From assembly GCF_000150275.1 (NCBI RefSeq), contig NW_002060977.1, forward strand, positions 5,235 through 69,234: DNA of 64,000 bases. The letters run 5' to 3'. Shown here piece by piece: positions 1 through 13,004 of the stretch; the stretch's first letter is position 1; each line of letters begins with the position of its first letter. This DNA is from Trichoplax adhaerens. Its lineage: Eukaryota; Animalia; Placozoa. Under the pieces are notes generated by a model that had not been told where the DNA came from, did no database searches, and saw nothing but the letters and a program-made list of their open reading frames with translations. The position numbers and the translations under genes were made by a program.

Positions 1-1082
1 ATTTCTGCAGTTAGGTAAGGCAAGCATACTTGGCAACTTACTTCATCAGCGTTAATTGACGGGTACTAAAGTTTTATTGCGGTATACTCAACAATCGAGA
101 AGTTCTGCTGGAAAAGTATTTTACAAAAGTTCGACAATATGCTGTACTTACACACTTCACAGTCGCATTGATGATCATATTCAATTGCTTTTAAGCACCA
201 ATTTGCCAATCAAAATATGACTGTGCTGCATTAATAACAGAGGCTATTTTACGTATACATTAATTAATTATGAATGCATAATATTAAAATGCTACTAACT
301 GATTAAGCGTAAAATTATCTTAAAAATATGGGCAACAGTTGATAACAATTTGCAATTAAGTGTAAGTAAGTAAAGCAAAGAATTGAGAGAAAGGAGAAAG
401 ATAAGCTATGCGTCATGCTCTACCACGTCAAATCTACAAAATGAATCAAACAGGAAGGCTAAAATTATGAACTTTATGATTATCCAATACGAAGCAAAAT
501 GCCATTATAAAATTATACAAGCACGTCCTATCGATCGATTAAGCCTAATTATGGTACAATAACGAGTTTGATATCAGATACTTCTTAAATAGATAGCCCA
601 TTTTTACATGCAAGTGCTCACCTAGTATCTACCTTTCGATAATAACAATTAATTAGCAGTTGTCTAAAGGGTATAATGCGTATATGCTGTAGAATTTGTT
701 CGTCATTCAGTCATAGGCTATATTCAGTTCATATTAAATGATTATCTCTTTCTAATTTTAGACGCAAATTGCATTCATTCAATCCAATAGCAATAAGAGC
801 GTACATAGAAAGCGTATAATAAATTGCATACCGGTCCACAAAGCTTGAATATGTACCTATTACAGTAATCTCCAACCTATTCGTCGTTGTCGATTATATG
901 ATTATTATCAGTAGTAGGCTGATAAACGTCCCCAATAGTTCGGTAGAAAGGCTGCCTGGTGAATACTACTTGCACGTTAACCTAGCTACAACTGTCGGTA
1001 GTTTAGCATTGGGATAAAAGACATTCGCTAATACATTAGAATTGGTGAAGATAACAAACTTGAAACAACTTCGGATAGTTTA

Positions 1083-1779
1083 CATAGACAAAAAATTCCA
1101 AATTACACGGTGTCCACTATACAGTACAGTACAGTACGGTACAGTACATACTGTACAGTACTTGTAGTGGAGACTTTCCCTACTGTACTGTACACTGTAC
1201 ACTGTACAGTACAGGCTCTTTGGCACAGTGCATCTGTTACCAGTACTGTACATGTGCTGTATGACAGCAATGATGGTCATGACGCACTTGCCTTAATTTT
1301 TTTTTTTTTTAACTTTCAACCGGTCGTACAGTACAGTAGGGAGTACTGTACAGTATAGTAGGTGACAGATAGTTTGTATTAGAAGTAGAAACTTGAAAGA
1401 AATAAAACTACTCATTACTGCAATAGAAAGTAATAAAATCATCAAAATCCAATTGCTAAAGGTTATAATGATCTGTCTGTGTGGAATATGAGCCAAATTT
1501 AAAATATCTTTCTTCAAAATTGAAAGATACAATTTCTAATTAAGGCAACATGAGTGTGTATGTACCATACTGTACATTGTTTCTTTTCAACCGTTTTTGA
1601 ACTCTTCAGTATAGTGTACTGTAATTTTAGAGGTCTCGCCACGCCTCTGTAATACTGATCTTACAGTACTGTACTGTACACAGTACACTTTACAGTACGT
1701 TCGATTTCAAATTTTTGCATCAATTTGTACAAAATTGATCGCAAATGCATGGATTTAATATCTGTACATTGGTGCTATG
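1083..1779. mobile_element. Putative non-autonomous DNA-transposon-like insertion rich in (T)ACAGT/ACTGT repeats
   Basis: Bounded by short inverted ends TA|CATAG...CTATG|TA; interior has many ACAGT/ACTGT units and a poly-T run (about 1296-1310). It appears to interrupt degenerate LRR-like coding sequence. The overlapping ORFs (1080-1532) are low-complexity artefacts. Confidence 0.45.
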
Positions 1780-2620
1780 TAGATTTTTAAAGTCGATTTA
1801 ATTTTAGTACAGTGAACAAGTTGAGGTCTTGGTGGTTGTGTTTAGCTAACTTAGTTTTAATATTACCTGACCTCAATCGCTGTAAAGAAGGGTTCCCATT
1901 TTTACTAGAGAGAAAATGGAAAGGATTGATGTAATTCGACGCAGACCACCGTAAATGTTTCAAAGTCAAAAAACCGACAGTGTTCACAGTACTCGAAATT
2001 AGAGTCTTCTTTCCAATACTGCACATCCTGTTTTAATTAATATACCGGTGACGAAGTGGCCACTAAATAGAGGTAGGTATGCGCTAGTAATGCAGCAGTG
2101 ATTTTAGTTAGTGGCTAGAACTTGGTGAAAGACAACGTCATAATCTGTTGAAGAGACGATGAATAAGCTTTTAATTTAACTACGTAATTACGCGTACATT
2201 TCGAGTGTATTTTATTCGCGTGGACAATTCTAGTTAGAGCACGTACACTAGTACCCTAGTTAACTAACTTATAGCAACTCGTTAAAATGATAACTGTCTA
2301 CCTAGTGTACGTAAAACGCTGTAGCCATAGTTTTGGAATTATGTAGTACGCGTAAATCAATAGAATTGCAGTTAAGATCGTCGTGTACAATTTCGGTAAA
2401 TGAATAATTAATTATAATATAATAACATTCAAAATTGATAGTTAGCACTTCAAAATACTGTGTCCAATTTATAAGAAAATATCTATAGTGTTGGCAATTT
2501 GAAATTGAATCACAAACATTTCTTTAGTGATCAATGCACTACTACACGGTATATCGTAGAATAGATACCAATTTTACAATAAATGACGTCGTTTCATCAT
2601 AATATAATACTCAATGCAGC

Positions 2621-3077
2621 TGTCACGGTAGTGAATCTACCGTGATGAATGATATCTTACTTAATTTAGACATGTATATGTATCACGATAAGATAGTTAT
2701 TAATTTGGATATGAGCATGAATTATTTTATGACTTAATATAGCCGATACAAACTTGTTCTCAATACACCTTAAATTATACTAAATATAGTATAAGAATTG
2801 TCAATGGTAAATTCAATATAAGTCTAAATGATTGATTTTGAATATTAAATTAGACTTGCATTTTCTACAATAAAGATATAGTTAGAAGATTCCGAAAGTG
2901 TATTTCTCAGTTATTGTTACTTATCTAGGGTAATCTAATTAGTTTAGATTAGGCAAGTTTAGTTAAGTAACAACAGCATTTGTTTCTATAATGGCCTGGT
3001 GTGCCAATCGAAGATTTTACTGATCAACTACTACTTAGAGATAGTGGAGCTTGAATTTGTGACGCGAGAGGTTACAA
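2621..3077 (+). mobile_element. Degenerate solo-LTR-like element (hairpin-ended class)
   Basis: 5' end TGTCACGGTAgtgaatcTACCGTGA closely matches the 5' end of the 12566 element. The 3' end is uncertain (TGTGAC...GTTACA) and no matching TSD was found. Confidence 0.45.
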
Positions 3078-4103
3078 TCAAACAGATATTTGCAAGCTTA
3101 TTCCAGGCATGCTTATAACGTAACCAAACTAATGAAAGACGCAACGAATACCTCCTTTACAGAAGTAAAATCAATGATTTTCTCGATTAAAATGAATCTA
3201 TCTGAATTCGATTTGATGATGATTATTTTCGTGTATGAGGAAATAGAAAGCATATGAGGTGGGCAGCTATAAGATAAAATAATAAGGGAAACACTTGCTG
3301 TCACCACTTTAGAGCTAATAAAACAATTCCCATCTACCATATTTTGAATTCCAATTGCTAGCTTAATTCAAAAATTTTTGTTAAATTTTGCTCAGCTTAG
3401 CATCGATTACAGGAACTGTAGATCTTTGGCTGTTTCTATTAAGTATCACGAAATTAGGATAATGTTCGTAAAGTTATCTTTCAGGTTTGCTATTTTCAAG
3501 ATGTTACCGTTTAAATGACTAAATAATTAATAGAATATTTACATTACATTACAAGATGATACTCGCATGTTTATGGATTAGTGATTGGGCTCTTTGAGGC
3601 TTGATGATAAGAAAATTAAAAATTATACGCCATAATTAATTATACGAACCTGCTTAGTTCCAGATACGATCATTTAAACTTTTAAAATATCAATCTTCAT
3701 TATTAATTTAAATGTACTAGCATCAATTTTTTTATAAATATACGTGAATAGCGATGACACATATCTGTATTAATAGCTATGAAATTAGTAGATTTATGGT
3801 AATGTACGTATATATGTTCCACATAGATTATAAACTTCACAATATCTGTTCACACAATTTCAAATATTACCCCTCATATAAACAGTCGAAAACGGCTTAG
3901 ATAATCCGGATAATCAGATTAAATTAAAGTTCATAGTCTATATGGAACATAGATTTACAGGAAAATCGAGTTGTCTAAGATAAACCGGATAATCAGTCTT
4001 ATAGAACAGGGATAGGGATATACAATTATAATTTACGTGGGATATATGCGCGAATATTTGATTGACATAATCGCGCAATAATAAATATATCATAACTGGA
4101 TTA

Positions 4104-4327
4104 GAGATAGAGAAGACCTGGACCAATCGCGAATCTCGTATATAATAACTAAGAGAATTCAAAAATAAATCGTCGACTCAAGAGTTTTTTTACATTTCTT
4201 CTCGCGCGCGTAAGCATATATGCCAAAGAAATATATAAAAAATTTTTAAGCCGACGGCTCTTTTTTTTTCTTTAAATGATTTTTTTTATATTATTATTTT
4301 CGCGTGGGTCCAGGTCTTCCCTATCTC
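4104..4327. mobile_element. Foldback MITE, PIF/Harbinger (Tourist)-like
   Basis: TIRs GAGATAG(A/G)GAAGACCTGGACC...GGTCCAGGTCTTCCCTATCTC, flanked by TTA on both sides (3-bp TSD). The inner arms are also imperfectly complementary. Confidence 0.75.
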
Positions 4328-4435
4328 TTATCGAATCTTTCATATCGTTATTCACATGCTCTGCTATTGATAAGGAGCTACTTGAGGAACGAGTAACCTT
4401 GATATTACTAATACCTCATTTTATCATATTGTTAG

Positions 4436-6157
4436 GGATCTGAATACAAATCAAATCGATATTTTACCTTCCGCCTGCATGGAAGCCTACGAAAACTTAA
4501 AGTTTCTGTAATTCGTACCTGTATATTCTTAACCATAGATTTTAATGATTATATCAGTGCCTGACCTAGTTATAAAAATATATGTAATGAATCAGAATTT
4601 ACGATTACAACGTTTGCGGGTAGTGTACTGTTAAACTGAAGAAATGGTAGTGTGTAAGTAATTTATCTCAGTTATTCTTATAATGCAGAGACCTAACAAA
4701 CAATCCGTTGAGCATTATTTCATCTTCGCCTTTTGCAGGAGCCCAAAGTCTCCTTTCTATGTGAGTACTGTATGTGTTTATTTTAAGAAAATACTCGCGT
4801 AGTGTAACCTAGTGTTCAATTCGTAAGAATACGCTTTCATTTACGCTTACTTAACGGTTTGCTTGAAATCAAATTATAAAATTCAACTTTATACTACGTA
4901 CTAGCTTTGCGATATATAAAACATTAATTAATTGTAAATGGGTCGATTTGCAGTTATTCAAGCCAGGAGTATTTGTGTTGCACGGCACCTTCTACTGTAA
5001 CCTCTTGCACTCCTCGCCGGCTAGACACTGGCTTTACCACTTGTAATGCGTTATTGGCACATTTATCGTTACAGCTCTACGTTTGGATTATAGGATGTGT
5101 CGCTTTTGCAGGAAATATAGTTGCATTTATTATTCAATTAAGAGAACAAAAATGCAAAAAGAATAAAGTTCCATCATTTTTGATTGCTAATTTAGCTGTA
5201 GCTGATTTTTTAATATCAATATACTTATTGATTATCGCTGCTTCTGATCGATCTGAAAACGGGTATTTTTATCAAAAAGCAGAAGCATTTTTTAAAAGCT
5301 GGCGTTGCTTACTTGCCTGCTACATTTGCTGCTCTGCCAGTCTAATGTCAGTGTTTATGATGTTATTAATAAGCATTGATAGGTTCATTTGTATTGTACT
5401 CCCATTCTCTGAACGGAAATTAAATATTAAAAATGCATGGTATGCCATTATAACCTTCTGGACCTTTAGCATATTATGGGTTGGTATTCCAATTTATTTT
5501 AGCATCGGCCAAAATAGGTATAATCGTTTACATGGTGATAGCAGCGTTTGTATGGCAAGTAATATGCAAAATATTTATTATAAGACATGGATTGGACTGT
5601 ACGCATTACTAACTTTCATTTGCTGGATCACAGTTTGTGTCATGCACTACTTGATGTATTTAAGTGTTCGACGAAGTAATTGAAATGTGAGAAAGTCCTC
5701 TACTACTAAAGATAGAAAAATTGCATTACGATTGTTACTCATTTTAATTACGGATTTAATTTCATGGATTCCTTTTTATGTGATTTGCTTGCGAGTATGG
5801 TTTGATAACAAAGCGATTGATATTATATCGTTACAATTTACGACAATTTTCTTTTTACCGATTAACTCAGCGATTAATCCTTGCTTATATACACTTTCAA
5901 GTCCTGCAGTAGTAGTTAAATTACGGTCTTTTGCAAGGTGGTCAAGGACAATTGTGCAAATAGGATCATGTAGAAAATTAGCTAATGGCACTCCAACTTT
6001 CAATTTGAGCCGAAGCAAGTCCAAAGTCAAACCTAAAGAACCTGTGCATGTACAAACAATAGATAGTCAAGATATGCAAAAGAATACGGGTGAACATCAA
6101 GATTCTGAAGTCAATTATGCTGCTGTTGCTCAAGCTGAAATCTTACTTCAGCCATGA
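4436..6157 (+). pseudogene. LRR-containing GPCR (LGR-like) copy 1, 5'-truncated, premature stop in ICL3
   Basis: Two 72-bp phase-2 LRR exons (4436-4507 DLNTNQIDILPSACMEAYENLKFL; 4689-4760 DLTNNPLSIISSSPFAGAQSLLS) splice to a hinge+7TM exon 4954-6157 (YLCC..C..TCNALL, FLIANLAVADF, SIDRF, TDLISWIP, INPCLY). In-frame TGA at 5681-5683 where paralog 3 has CGT(Arg). No intact upstream LRR exons are visible. Confidence 0.85.
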
Positions 6158-8625
6158 GCTAATTAGATCTAGACTTAAAAAATTCTGCTTCGCAATAGGT
6201 GATAAGTCGAACAATATTACTATTGCTTTTTGCTGCGATGTTGGTTAAGCATAAAAATAGCTTATTCTTTTAATTGGCAGTTACAAATCAATATTTTTCG
6301 GCGATAAAGATCGAAATTATTACAACGAAACTAATACTATAAATCTTCTTTCAGGTTTGTTCTCCTAGATATTTAGCTTTAGCATAACTCTATGTGCTGA
6401 CGATCTTCTCATCGTCAGGAGGAACAGTAACCACGAGTGTGTTGTAGATAAAACTAAACCCAAACTTTATTAATTACAAAGACAGTTAATTTATAGTAAA
6501 ATCAATATAAACATAAATTATAACTTCATGAGATATTATTATGAAACTACGCAATTATCTCGTATAAAATTATGTAAGATGTCATAGATAAATTATATAT
6601 ATATACATATATGATTATTATCAATTTACGTACATTCCTAGGTAAGTTATCTCACATTAGTACTACAGCAGCTATGCAGAAGTTTCTCCATAATATTAGC
6701 ATAATAAAACACGTTGAGTGGGAATGCTAAGTATAATTAATGCTTGCTGAATATTTAAAATAGGTTATTGTGCCGATTGCTATTGATCGTAATCATTAGT
6801 TAAACGATTAAGATTTTGATTCATAGAAATTGAATTAGACATAAATCTGGCTTAAATTAAAACTGTGTATGGATAGTTAGTTAAAAATATCTTCTAGTAA
6901 AGTAACTAAATGAAGATAGTATTACATAAGATATATTTCCTAGTATAATATGGTGACACGTTTGGAGCTTACATGTTCAGTGGTTCCTATACGAACAGAA
7001 ACAGTAGAAGTACTTATATTCTGTCTGTAGAATATAAACTGTGAAAATTCTAGAGTGTTAATCGCATCAATATCGCTATATAATTTTTACATTATAGGAG
7101 CTACTAATGGGCAAAAATCGAAGAGTGATGAATTTTGCTTTTGTAATAATTTAGACATTATTATAAAAATTTAGCAATCCTATGGTAGACATAAGTTTTC
7201 CAGTGGCACGAAAAATTACAGTCAATAAAAAGATTAATCTTCAAGTAATCTAATTGTGTTTATTTGATGAAATTATTCGATTTATCTCTAAAGTTGAGTT
7301 AACTGCTTGCTCTTAAGCTTCGCATCAACATCCATATTCTACGGCTTAAAAATCAAAATATTCATCGTAGTGGTAGTCAGGTACCAGTTTAGACGCGGCG
7401 AGAATAAGAAACTTGAAATGGCTTGCATATTATCACTTTACTATTTTTGATGTTTTGTAATTAAATGTAGTTTTACGTAGCCATTAAAATTATAGGAAAG
7501 AACCTACTTATACTTTATGTCTAATTATCTTTGTCTTAAGTTTTAAGGCTAATAAATTTTATAACCTTATAATAATATTTCTTTAAAGTATTTTAAGTTT
7601 CGTCCTGCTTCATTTTTATGTTTTTATGCTATATGATTTTTGGAGTAACCTTACATAAAAATTAAGAATTTTTGAATTTACCGTAGTAGTCCAATCACAA
7701 TATTTTCACTTTATGAGCAGTAAAGTACAACTTAATGCATTTTACAGCAGATTTAGAATCTTTGACGCTAATGTTGGGAATAGTAAAGTTTTAGACTCCA
7801 TATCCTTTTCCATCCATATATTAGAAATAATAGACAATGCAGCATTATGTCTACTATCAAATGCACTTAACATATCGATGGACTTCTAAAAAATGTGATA
7901 GAAGTAATTTAAGAAAATTACTAAGAATGAGAAAGCCCTTTCATCTCTAATGATACATATAGTGATCATTTATATCCGGTATCAGTTCTATTGGCCATCG
8001 GGAAGACTCAAGAAAAGGAAAATAGAGCTGAAATTAAACAATTACATTAACAATGAGAAATAAATAATATACTCTCGGAAAAAGTAAATATTGGAAGTAT
8101 ATGGTAGACTACGGTAAGTAGAGTTTATATATATTACTTACTATTTTTATTAAATAAAATTAATGCATACATTGCTTAATGTCTTATGCATAGCTTCGAC
8201 TTAAGGATCAGAATGACTACAATCTGCTTATTGCAATATGTTAAGAGACTAGGTGTATTAGTCTGCAAACTACTATAGTAATTATCAAAACTACATTATA
8301 TATGGTTTAGCCTAGCCTAGTTACTGACTGCATAATCTGTCTTCATGCAATATCCATTCTGATAATCTAAAGTACAACTTATGCCTGCCAATAATACAGG
8401 AATATCAGCTTTGTTAAAAGAAATTAATACGTAAGTGTTACGCAGTAACTTTTACGTAGCTGTCGTAACATAAATTCCATGAGATAATTTATCTAGGAAT
8501 GTATTTACATGCCGTTATCTGTGACTTTTTACATATTTTTAATAGATCGTTGCATGGCTTTGTAATATTATCTATAAACTAATAATTAATGTTTATATCG
8601 ATTTACTGTAAATTGACCAACTTTT

Positions 8626-8950
8626 TGCCACGAAAGTAATCTTCGTGACGTATACTTTATTTCTGTGTTACGCTCTATATATGTTTATATCTCAGAAATG
8701 TTTTACAATCTCCTTAATTGTAATTTTAGTGGTTAACAGTTGACATCCTTAATTTAGGATTACATAGACTAAAATAGTAATTGCCAACCTGCTAAACTGG
8801 ATTGTATCTATCATCTCCAAGGTTGTTAAGGTTCAAAGTACAATTTCTAACTTTAGAGGAAATTTCTTAGTAGGATAGCTTAATATATATCTTTTAAACT
8901 ATTAATAAGCATTGACTACTTTAATACTGTTACAGTAAATTTAATAAGAT
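8626..8950 (+). mobile_element. 5' fragment of the same LTR family as 10003-10629
   Basis: About 320 bp direct repeat of 10003-10325, beginning TGCCACGAAAGTAATCTTCGTGACG. Confidence 0.75.
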
Positions 8951-9015
8951 GTAATGAAATGAAAAGTATAGAGATCAAGCTACAAAACTTTAACAAACTT
9001 TGATTCTACTTTAGT

Positions 9016-9770
9016 TGCACTCCGGTCGACTTAACGCTAGTACTTTGACACCAAATAAAATTTGGGGAAATAACCGAACAACAATTTATTATAAAACAAA
9101 AATGGAGAGAAGTATAAACCAAACAACCTTACAAATACTTAGCTTTAAGTATTAATAAAATAAGTGACAGACTTAAAAACTGTCAACGACCAAACAACCT
9201 TTCAAAAAGAAGAACGTTTTAACTTACGACAATTCGACCCCGAAGGCCTTTTAAATTCAACAAGTTCTTCAAATAAAATCTTTTTCTGCTCTCCCTCTAA
9301 ATTTTCTAATTGCACTATCATTTATAGGCTTCGTAGAGCCGTCAGAGGTATTTAAAACTAAACATTTGCTAACCAATGGCTCTCAAGGTCCGTTTTAGAA
9401 AACTACTTTGCACCATTTAAGAAAACAATCGTTGAAAGTTCAGACACAATTTACCCTACGATTCCCTTACAAAACACTATAAAAGTAACAAGCTAACTAT
9501 AAAAATACATCAAACTTCACTTCTAACATAATTTCTATCATTAATACACTATAAAAGTCTAAAAATCAACCTTTAAACATCAAGATTTAGTCATAAAAAC
9601 AACATTCTAACTACCTAACAATCAACACAACCTCTGCCAATTTCCATCTTATTTTCTATTTTCCTCACTAAATTCTCCTAATGTGACTTCAAGTCACGTC
9701 ATAAAATTCCAAAATTTCAAATTCATAACAAAAAGTCCAAATTTCAAAAATCAACTCTTAGTCGCTATAT
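9016..9770 (-). mobile_element. LTR-like repeat; partial second copy at 52767-53075
   Basis: Shares TGCAC..GGTCGACTTAA..AAATAAAA..ACAGACTTAAAACTGTCAAC..TTCGACCC..AAATTTTCTAATTGCA with 52767-53075. AATAAA is on the minus strand; flanks ttagt/atagt are an imperfect TSD. Confidence 0.55.
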
Positions 9771-10002
9771 ATAGTAACTACGATCCATACAGATACTAGC
9801 TCGTCTGCTGTAAGTTGCTTAACAGAGATATATCAATAATCCATTTATATGCAGATTAAAATTATAGGTACGATTGTTTCCAAAGTAGTAACTCAGAAGG
9901 TCAGCAAAATCTTGTAGTGGGTCTCGAAATACTGTAATAAGATTTCTAGGCAGAATTAATTTGCTGAGCTTAGATGACGCAATACTAGTCACTTAATCAG
10001 AT

Positions 10003-10629
10003 TGTCACGAAAGTAATCTTCGTGACGTATACTTTATTTCTATATTACGTTCTATATATGTTTATATCTCAGAAATGTTTTACGGTCTCCTTAATTGTAA
10101 CTTTAGTGTATAACAGTTGATGTCCTTAATTTATAATTACATAGACTAAAATAGTAATTGCCAACTAGATAAACTGGATTGTATCTATCATCTGCAAGGT
10201 TGTTAGGGTTCAAAGTACAATTGCTAAGCTTAAAGAAAATTTCTCAGAAGGATAGCTTAATAAGTATCTGTTAAACCATTATCAAGTTTGATTATTTAAA
10301 CACTGATACAGTAAATTTAACAGGATTAAATCAGACTGTATCTAATTTGTATAGATAGAATCTCTTTAGAGTATTAATTTGGTCAACTTCTAATAGACGA
10401 GGTGACTTGTGTAGCCAAACCGCTTTCGGGTACCGAAACCGATTTAAGCGGCGTGTTCGCCGATAATAAATCAGGTTATGATTTTCTAGTAAGTTTTGAA
10501 GGTCTGGCTGTGTTGAACTCTATCTATTTTGGAATACCAATTGACTAATATTCCGAATAACAGTAGTATAGGATAGGAATTGCTCTCTTAATCCTTGTTG
10601 TAAGTTAGCGCTATTTCTAGCTCGTAACA
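10003..10629 (+). mobile_element. Solo LTR, 627 bp
   Basis: TGTCACG...CGTAACA termini, perfect 5-bp TSD CAGAT, internal AATAAA. Confidence 0.85.
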
Positions 10630-11061
10630 CAGATATAGCTACAATATTAATGAGATGAAATGTTTATCATCAATAATCTTATGGAAATGGAATAAATTTT
10701 CGCCGAGATAAATTGAATACGATTGATGACGAAAATGGATTAAAATAATCACCCTGAAGATCAGTTGCAAGTTCATTAACAAACAAAACGAGTTTTTCTC
10801 AACTGCTTTCATATATTTTTTTAATGGTGCTGTTTTTAAAACAGGTCATGTTTATACTAATGTAGCTATAATGCCGTCATTTATTTTTGTTAATCAACTT
10901 TTACATATAACTGCAATTTTTTTTAGTGCTTTACTCAGTTGCACTGTAAAAGGAAACTATAAAGATATCACCAAATTCATACTAAGTTTGGAATAGAAAA
11001 GTCGTAAATGATAAAATAAAGGGGAAGATTTTGTAAAATTACGCAGATATTTGATATATAC

Positions 11062-11551
11062 TGTAGTGCCTCGTAAATTTTAAGATTCCTTCAGTATTAA
11101 CTAGCTAGGTAATATTCTAGTTATAAGTCTTAAGTACTGTAGAAAGTAAAAGTAATCTGTATGATGATTCTACAGTTCTAACTATCAGGATAATTATCCA
11201 GTTTATCTTGACCGGGTATCGTTTCCGGGTTCGATTGATTTTCAAGTAAGGAATTGCTATATAGAGAGTAGAGACTGCTAGATATATGATTTGTATGGAA
11301 TTGCGATTGATTGAAAATTGGCTAACTCTGATTTTCCGGTTTATCTCGGCCACTTTCGACTGTACTTATAAGGGAGGAAAAGTGACTTACAATGGACCTC
11401 ACAGAAAGTGATTTGCATAGTGGTTTAATAAACCTTTTGAATTTGAAGGCTTTATCTATATCGGCTATTCTTATTATGAGATAAGGTAGTGTTTTGCTAA
11501 TTCTAGCAAAATGATCAAGTATAAGTGAAGTGAAGTAAGAGAGATCTTACA
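11062..11551 (+). mobile_element. Possible solo LTR
   Basis: TGTAG...TTACA ends, TATAA then AATAAA. The 5' ~65 bp recur at about 36747-36810. TSD only 3/5 (tatac/ttcac). Confidence 0.4.
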
Positions 11552-12565
11552 TTCACTTTATAGTATCATCAGAAACGACGTAAATTGATGAATTCCTCCT
11601 GAACAAGAACAGCTTTTATTATTTGGAGAAAGTAAGACAAATATGATGGAGGAATTACTTTACAATTCGGAGTAGTCCATTTGAAAGAAGAAAGACTTTA
11701 TGTATTAGTATCATCATTATAAATTAAATATCTAATTTCTATCTAAAGCCACGTAATATTGTTTGATCATGCTAATGCACTTTTATTAATAAGTATCGTA
11801 TAATGACTTCGCTAATTATTACTCTCTTACAATTTTAGTAGATAGAGCAGCACTAACATAGTTTTTAAAATGAGGACCGAAATAATATATTTTTTTTCTA
11901 AACCGCCTGCAGAATTTTGGTATTTTTTTGAAGCTACTGATATCAATATTTTGAGCCTCTCAAATAAATAATAGACACTATGTTGATCCTAGAATATGAA
12001 GTGAAGTACTGACAGAGGTGTTTAATATGAAATAATTCTTGGATCGAAGCAAGTCTTCAACAATGACATTAAATTGTTACATTAGCAGTACTGGAAGTTA
12101 TTACAATATTGTTCAATCAGCTTATTTTATATGCATAAATTTCATAATTTTGCCCTACCTGTAGTTTAAATATCTTTTAATAGCCATTAAAGTAATGATA
12201 TCTGTGCAAAGTAAGGTTAAAAGTGATTAGATGATATTTTTAATTCTTTAGTACTTTACTCTACCGATTAAAAGATAGAAAAAATTCTAGATTTTTCCTT
12301 TAATATTCTACTGTTATTACACGTGTTAGTTATCATATATCATAGCATAGAGTACGTCGTCATTACAGTATCAATGTTTTCGAAACACTTTATTTTCTCA
12401 TATGTCATTGGATACTTTTAGACTTAGAATACGTTAAGGTTAAAATTTTGCATAGCTAGAAAATGACTCTAATTTAAGATTTCACGATTTTATTTAAAGT
12501 GATCTAAATAATTAGCACTAATCGAAATTTTGTTGCAATCTATTCTATCTATATCTATGTCTGAA

Positions 12566-13004
12566 TGTCACGGTACGAACTACCGTGAAGAAATAGATAT
12601 CTAAATTTGGTTAATATAATATAGTAGTGATATTATATTACAACTAGTTACTTACAATAGGAATTACTCTAATTGTAAATGTATTTCAGTAAATTTAATG
12701 CTGTGCTGTAATGTGCACTGAAATGATTCTGTGAATGGACACATTGTAGTCCGACTGTGAAGAATTGGTTAGGTAGATGTTCTCACCTAAGTATGTTTAT
12801 AAGATAACTCGTGAATGTTAGCTGCTGTAGAAGGGTATATAAGCCCTCAGATAGTTGAATAAAGTAGTTCTCAATTGTCTAGTTGAGTTTAACGTAGAAT
12901 CAAAGGCGTCTAAATTCTTGTGAGTAGGGATACTGAATCCCGGAGACTATAGTAATTTAGAGATTTGTTTTACGTTATCCTTGTCACGAAGCCGGTTTGT
13001 GATA
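12566..13004 (+). mobile_element. Solo LTR, 439 bp (family also at 20540 and 44103)
   Basis: TGTCACGG...TGTGATA termini, perfect TSD CTGAA, TATATAAA followed by AATAAA. Confidence 0.85.

Noticed and set aside
1080-1532. Overlapping Cys/Thr/Val/Tyr-rich ORFs, or a CRISPR-like array
   Set aside because: Low-complexity ACAGT repeats without unique spacers; eukaryotic context.
5687-6157. Independent gene or naturally split 5TM+2TM receptor
   Set aside because: In-frame continuation of the same exon after a point nonsense change; the GTG is an ordinary Val codon conserved in paralogs.
8626-10629. Full LTR retrotransposon or TRIM bounded by the two direct repeats
   Set aside because: The second copy has its own perfect TSD (independent solo LTR), the first is truncated, and there is no PBS/PPT or coding interior.
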